Shown piece after piece: positions 58,048 to 63,351 of a DNA stretch of 63,351 nt; the first letter of the stretch is position 1; each line of letters opens with the position of its first letter. The DNA comes from an uncultured virus (IMG/VR IMGVR_UViG_3300032007_000021). Lineage: Duplodnaviria; Heunggongvirae; Uroviricota; Caudoviricetes. Both the position numbers and the translations under genes were made by a program. Location: the IMG/VR virus record IMGVR_UViG_3300032007_000021. The stretch is one strand, 5' to 3'. Below the pieces are notes generated by a model. It saw only the letters and a program-made list of their open reading frames with translations. It was not told where the DNA came from and did not search any database.

Positions 58048-58785
58048 TTATGCTTTTAAGTGTTTTTCATATTTTGAAGCATAAGGGAAAAGACCAAACA
58101 ATCTGTCTCTCAATCCATTATAAAAAGCCTCATCATTATACCCCGCAAACATTTTTTCAATATTCTATGTTTTTACAGACTACGCATCTTCAAAAGTAGC
58201 TTTCAAAACTCTTTGCTCATACCCAGATTTATAACCAAGTAAACCACAGAACAAAGTGTTGATGCTATAACCAATATCACTTGTATAATCAACACCTTTC
58301 ATAACTTCAAGCAACTCTTTCTTTGGATACTTAAACGGACAATGACTTTCAAAATTAAAACTCAACTATAAACCTTTTGATTTCAAATAATCAAAAGTTC
58401 TTGCAACTCTCCTTGGCCAGATATGATTACTTGACGCAAATGCTTCTCGATCTCTCGGATTATATACAGGACACAAAAACTGAAAACTAAACGGCATCAA
58501 AAACACTTCATCATCACTGCAAAAAATAAAGTCATCTGACAAGTCTTGAACATTCTAACATACATAAAGAACTTTATTAATAATATTCCCATCCTTATTA
58601 TGTTCAAGACCATCTTCAAACTATATAAAATCAACTTCTTGTACCCATTCTGGTTTTCTGGGACCAACTATAATAATCCTTCCAACATCAGATATATTTC
58701 TTTCAATGCTTCTCAACAAAATTCTCAACTCATCATCATTACTATGACTCTCTTTACTCAAAGGAATAATCACATCATACAACAT
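58048..58785 (-). CDS. Stealth-like (hexose-1-phosphate transferase-like) protein
   Basis: DVII, DELRILLRSIERN, IIIVG..PEW, LSDDFIFCSDD, ESHCP. Confidence 0.6.
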
Positions 58786-58840
58786 ACTCTTTTTCTCCTT
58801 TCTTGTTTATAAGAATATAATTTATATTACAACAAAAAAT

Positions 58841-58869
58841 AAAAAAGAGAGAAATTTTTTCTCTCTTTT
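58841..58869. terminator. hairpin terminator
   Basis: aaaaagagagaaa/ttttctctctttt inverted repeat. Confidence 0.55.
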
Positions 58870-58901
58870 AGAACAAAAAAACAAATTATTTTTTACTTAT
58901 T

Positions 58902-59192
58902 TTACTTAATGGGATTTTTGGTTGTCTTACCAACAAAAACAAAACGTCCCTTTTCACGAGTATAAACTTCATAAACAGTAGAAGGATTACTATTCATCTT
59001 CCCACACTTACAAGTACATTTAACACTTGTAGTTTTAACTGATGATTCAGATTCAACAGCGGCAATCTTTTCAGCAAATTCCTTCTTAATCTTTGCACGT
59101 CCTCTGGAATCATACTTGTTCAGCTTTGCAAGCTTGCGAGTTTCATTTGCCTTGTAAGCCCCAATTTTACGGTTCTTTTCTTTTTCAGTCAT
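58902..59192 (-). CDS. small basic protein
   Basis: Lys/Arg-rich, TAG-free ORF with RBS. Confidence 0.65.
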   Translation of the reverse strand: MTEKEKNRKIGAYKANETRKLAKLNKYDSRGRAKIKKEFAEKIAAVESESSVKTTSVKCTCKCGKMNSNPSTVYEVYTREKGRFVFVGKTTKNPIK

Positions 59193-59396
59193 TTTCCTTT
59201 TCCTTTCTTGGTTAGTTTACTATTTACTCAAAAAAACATATTTTGAGCGTGACTTACTTATAAGTAACATCTTTTAAAAAATGCAACAAAAATTTTCAAA
59301 CTTATTTTCTTGTTCTTCACAAGCATTTCTATTACCAAATATTTCTCCGCAAGACTAACATCTAAAAAAACAAATTTCTTTCATTTCAAATAGTTC

Positions 59397-60281
59397 TTAT
59401 TTCCATCTGTCTCTAACACTTTCAGGTATATATTCGCGTATTTTTTCTTTAATTTTCTCATCAATTTTAGAGTATGGCATCATAAAACCACCCGATTCTT
59501 TAATCTTAAAATATGTAGCATCTTTTATATACATGCCACCAAAATCACTAACTTCAATTTTAACATCAACTTGTGCTTTATTAAAACTAATCCAAAAATC
59601 TCCATCCAAAAAATTTCTAATTGAATTTCCAAAATTTATAATATTTCTCATCGTATCAGCAGTACCTTGATGAGTTGTAAGTAAAATTCTATCCGGAATT
59701 TTTCTCTTTCTTTGATTATTTTGAATAATAGCAACTTTATAATCATTTAGTACCCAAACCAAATGAATGTTTTCTGCTTTATATCCAACACTAATTAATC
59801 TATTAGCAAGATTTTCAAATTCTGCATAAGAACTCAATGTTTTATCAAAAATTAAATTTGGTTTTCTATCATCAGCAGCCATTCTTGCAGAATACATTAC
59901 ATAATCAATATATTTCTGATTTAAATTAATATCTTTCAAATATCCGTGAAGCATTTCAACTTGTTCAGAATTATTAAGTTTCCAATTAGAAATATCAACT
60001 TTACAAACTTCTTTAATTTTTTCTTGAATTTTTTTGTTTGTAATTGCAAAATCTTTCAATTTATCAACATCAATTCTTTTTGCATCAAGCCCAAATAATT
60101 TTGAAATCTGAAAACCTTTTCCACTTCCTCCTCCACCGCCAACAATAACAACATTGTTATATGCAGGATAATTTTTCTTTCCAAAAACTATTTCTTTAGC
60201 AACATATACATTTCCTTCTTTTGGTAAAGAATATTCAACTTTGTTAAGACATTCAGCAATTTCTTCTAAAAAATTTTTCAT
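59397..60281 (-). CDS. zeta-toxin-like P-loop kinase
   Basis: GGGGSGKG Walker A, IDVD, LIFDKT, NNQRKRKIP. Confidence 0.7.
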   Translation of the reverse strand: MKNFLEEIAECLNKVEYSLPKEGNVYVAKEIVFGKKNYPAYNNVVIVGGGGGSGKGFQISKLFGLDAKRIDVDKLKDFAITNKKIQEKIKEVCKVDISNWKLNNSEQVEMLHGYLKDINLNQKYIDYVMYSARMAADDRKPNLIFDKTLSSYAEFENLANRLISVGYKAENIHLVWVLNDYKVAIIQNNQRKRKIPDRILLTTHQGTADTMRNIINFGNSIRNFLDGDFWISFNKAQVDVKIEVSDFGGMYIKDATYFKIKESGGFMMPYSKIDEKIKEKIREYIPESVRDRWK

Positions 60282-60302
60282 ATTGTTAATCCTTTATCCA
60301 TA

Positions 60303-62114
60303 TTATAAAGCAAAAAATTCTTGTTCACTAATAATCTTAATCCCAAATTTCTTTGCTTTATTCATTTTAGACGATGTACTATTTACATCAGCACAAACTA
60401 AAATATTTAAATCTTTAGAAACACTATCTACTGGAACAAATCCTTTTTCTCTTGCTTTATCTTCCATTTCTTGTCTTGTATATGAACTCTTTCCTGTAAA
60501 ACAAATCTTTTCTCCTTCTTCAATTTTTTCTTCTTCTACATCAAACAATGACAACAATCTCAAATTTCTTTCTCTGTTTTTATTAAGACCTTCAATTACA
60601 TTCTTACTTGTAATCTCTCCAATACCTTCCATTCCACAAATATCAGCAATAGTTAGAGATTTCAAAATATAATCCAAATTAAACGATTTTAGAAGCGTTT
60701 TAGATACACTTTCACCAAGGTTTGATATATTTAATGCCTTAAGGAATAAACTCGCTTTAACACACTTTATTTTAGCTAATTCGCACATAATATTATCTTG
60801 CATGGTTTTGCCAATCCCATCAATTCCTATCAAATCTTTTTTCTGTATCATCAAGAAATCATAAAGATTATCAATGTCAGTCTTTTTCATAATGGAACGA
60901 ATTACACTCTCTCCAATTCCAAAAATACCAAGACAAGTAAGTTGCCAAGTAACATTTTTCACTTTTCCTTCAAAACAATGTTCATTCAAACAAACAACAC
61001 TATTATCATCAATTCTTATATCACTTCCACAGAAAGGACACTTTTCTATGCTTACTATCTCCCCTCTCGGATTAGATTCTTCAATATTTACAATATAAGG
61101 AATAACCATCCCCGCCCTTTCAACCACAATTTTGTCTCCTATTGCAATATCTCCGTGAACAATATATTTACCACCATCACTTCTTTTTGTAAGAGATATA
61201 GACGCTTTAGTGATTGTAACTCCCTGTATATCTACGGGATCAAAAACAGCAACAGATGTAATTCTGTTATCTTTACCCATTCCCCATTCAATACCCACCA
61301 ATTTCGTAACAGCTTGTTCATTTGTAAACTTCAAAGCAATTTGATTTTTGGGATGATGTTCTGTTCTGCCAAGACTATCTCCATATTCTTTATCTTTCAA
61401 CTTGATAACAATACCATCCATAGGATAATCATATCCATTTATCTGTTCTTCTATCTTTTCAAATTTTTCATCAAATTCTTTCATCTTTATCTCAAAAGAA
61501 TTTTTGTCATAATCTACAAAAGTCAAAACCGCACCTTGCTTAAAATAAAAATCAGCATCTTCATTACCAACAATACCACTCACAGCATTTCTACTGTTTT
61601 TGAAAGTCTTTCCAGATTTACTTTTAATCTTTCTATATACAGTATTAAAATCATTATTCGTAATTACAATTTCTCCAAGAACATAATCTTTTGTAACATC
61701 AACAATTTTATTGCTTTCAATTCTTATCATCTTCAATTTATCAGAAATATTGCTTCCTTCATATCCGTTTCCTCTGGTAGATAATTTACCTTCTTCCAAT
61801 TTTCCGGAAATACCATCATATTTTGGCTGAATCAAAAACAATTCTTCTTCGTTTCTTGAAACTTGTTCCATCCATTTTTTCAACTATTCTTTTGTATAAA
61901 CCTTATTTAGGGATAACATTGGAACCTTATGAACAATCTTTTCCCCAACAACAACAGGTTCATTAACTTGACAAACCAAATCATTGTTAGGATCAATTTT
62001 TCTTAATTCCTCAACCAATTTATCATATTCAACGTCACTAATATCGGACACACCATCTTTCCAATATTTTTCATTAGCCCCTTCAATCTTTTCAATCAAT
62101 TCTTCTTTGTTCAT
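60303..62114 (-). CDS. ligA: NAD-dependent DNA ligase
   Basis: ISDVEYD, HKVPMLSLNK, KYDG, STRGNG, DGIVIK, zinc finger, BRCT; two track ORFs joined by a single TAG at 61884. Confidence 0.95.
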
Positions 62115-62395
62115 TTCTCTTCCTCAAGTTTAGATTTCAGAAACACCAATTCTTTTTCAAATTCTTTCACAAACTTGTCTTCACTTAATTCAAACACCTT
62201 CCTAAATATTCTTGCTTTATCAACAAACAAAACAAGGAAAAACTTGTCTTCAAAATCGCTTTTGTGAAAATTAAACTCAACTTCTTTTCCGGCAAAGTTG
62301 AATTTCAAAACATTCAAACCTTCTATCTTATAGCCGTTTTCATTAAAATCAAAAACATCAATTTTATTTTTCTTTAAAATCTTTTCAATATTCAT
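62111..62395 (-). CDS. hypothetical protein
   Basis: Track ORF with ATGA overlap into ligA. Confidence 0.6.
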   Translation of the reverse strand: MNIEKILKKNKIDVFDFNENGYKIEGLNVLKFNFAGKEVEFNFHKSDFEDKFFLVLFVDKARIFRKVFELSEDKFVKEFEKELVFLKSKLEEEK

Positions 62396-62444
62396 TTTTC
62401 ATTTCCTTTCTTTTTATTCACCTTCTACATAACAAAATAAAATT

Positions 62445-63351
62445 TTATTCACATTTTTTTCGCTTCTTCCATCTTTCTACCAAACTATTTGCTCCTTCAT
62501 TCAAAGCATACTAATCAAAAACTTGTTTTTCTTTTTCAAACTAATTTTCTTTCTAACTAATCTCTTGCATAATGTCATTAACTTTCTGTTTCAGTTCATT
62601 TCCATTGTTCTTATAAATCTATTTTAAATCTATCGCACTTCTCATCTGACCATCTGGCTTTGTCTCATCCATCATCTACATTGTTTGTTTCTATACAGCC
62701 TATCCAAAACTATCTTTCTACAAATCTTCTTCAACTTTTCCTATTGTCACATACATCTTGCAACGGAAAGTAAATATGCTTCCATCTCTGTTTTTTGGAC
62801 AACAAATCACTAACTTATGTATTTTCCTTTCCTCTTCACTCCTTTCTCCTACTCCAACAGTAGCAGTTTGATTGACAATACCTAACAAACAGTTCGCACT
62901 ATGTACCTTTTGTTTTGTACCAAACACATCAGAAGCACTTAAAAACGGTCTTTCTTTTGTTTCCTGCTTTTCTGCTTGAATACCAGCTTGTGTACAAGTA
63001 AGAACCGGACAATCACAGTTTATCGCTAATTGTTTTAAATCCTTTGTAACTTTACCTTGTTCATCATTTTCCGAATATGCTTTATGTGTTGGAGACATCA
63101 AATCCATATAATCAACTATTATTACATCTATATGAACACCTTTCAATTTCAACTCTGCAACAGCTCTTTCTATCATTGTAGCATCTGTTGCTTGCGGAAA
63201 TTCATAAATATATAATCCTCCAGCTCTCACCCTCTGCTATATATTAAATCTTTTCCATTTTTCAAATTCTGCATCACTAAACATTCCAAGTTTCAATCTT
63301 CTATAAGGTATCTATGATTCCAAAGACTGATATTTTGTCCGCATCTGAAAT
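62445..63351 (-). CDS. DnaB-like replicative helicase, 3' part
   Basis: IIVDYMDLM, LKQLA, TCTQ, KNRDG; C-terminal tail runs through TAGs to TAA. Confidence 0.85.

Noticed and set aside
1865..61784. Plus-strand track ORFs rich in F/L/I/S (e.g. 1865-2245, 10326-10886, 34316-35233, 60798-61784)
   Set aside because: They are antisense shadows of purine-rich minus-strand genes, with no motifs or RBS.
1..63351. TAG=Gln (code 15), as in Lak and crAss-like phages
   Set aside because: Most diagnostic sites and in-window paralogue alignments give Glu, and the CUA tRNA has a Glu-type body. Only a couple of sites favour Gln.
1..63351. Mass pseudogenisation or sequencing error as the cause of ORF fragmentation
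   Set aside because: In the genes read, interruptions are TAG only, frames are preserved, genes stay coupled by ATGA overlaps, and a matching tRNA exists.

Overview
AT-rich segment of a large (jumbo-type) dsDNA bacteriophage genome, with almost all genes on the minus strand. The standard-code ORF track looks fragmented because TAG is a sense codon here. Reading through TAG rebuilds intact genes that end only in TAA or TGA: RecA, NAD-dependent ligase, DnaN, DnaX, DnaB, ThyX, ClpA/ClpS, IF3, GroES, TrxB, a ferritin-like protein, NADAR, a macrodomain, split SbcCD and two IS607 tnpA/tnpB pairs. The amino acid at TAG appears to be glutamate, not the glutamine known from code-15 phages. TAG falls on conserved or catalytic Glu positions and aligns with GAA/GAG in paralogues inside this window. 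The window also encodes a CUA-anticodon tRNA (48651-48725) with a tRNA-Glu body. TAG density varies strongly: near zero in genes behind a repeated early-type promoter/leader, and very high at 7.4-11.8 kb. Other content includes 13 tRNAs (one is a GTT-anticodon tRNA with a long variable arm), boxA-like motifs, candidate ncRNAs, and the C-terminal half of a Ski2/Hel308-like helicase. CDS coordinates were read by hand with TAG read-through (* = TAG). Product calls rest on motif recognition, with no database search.
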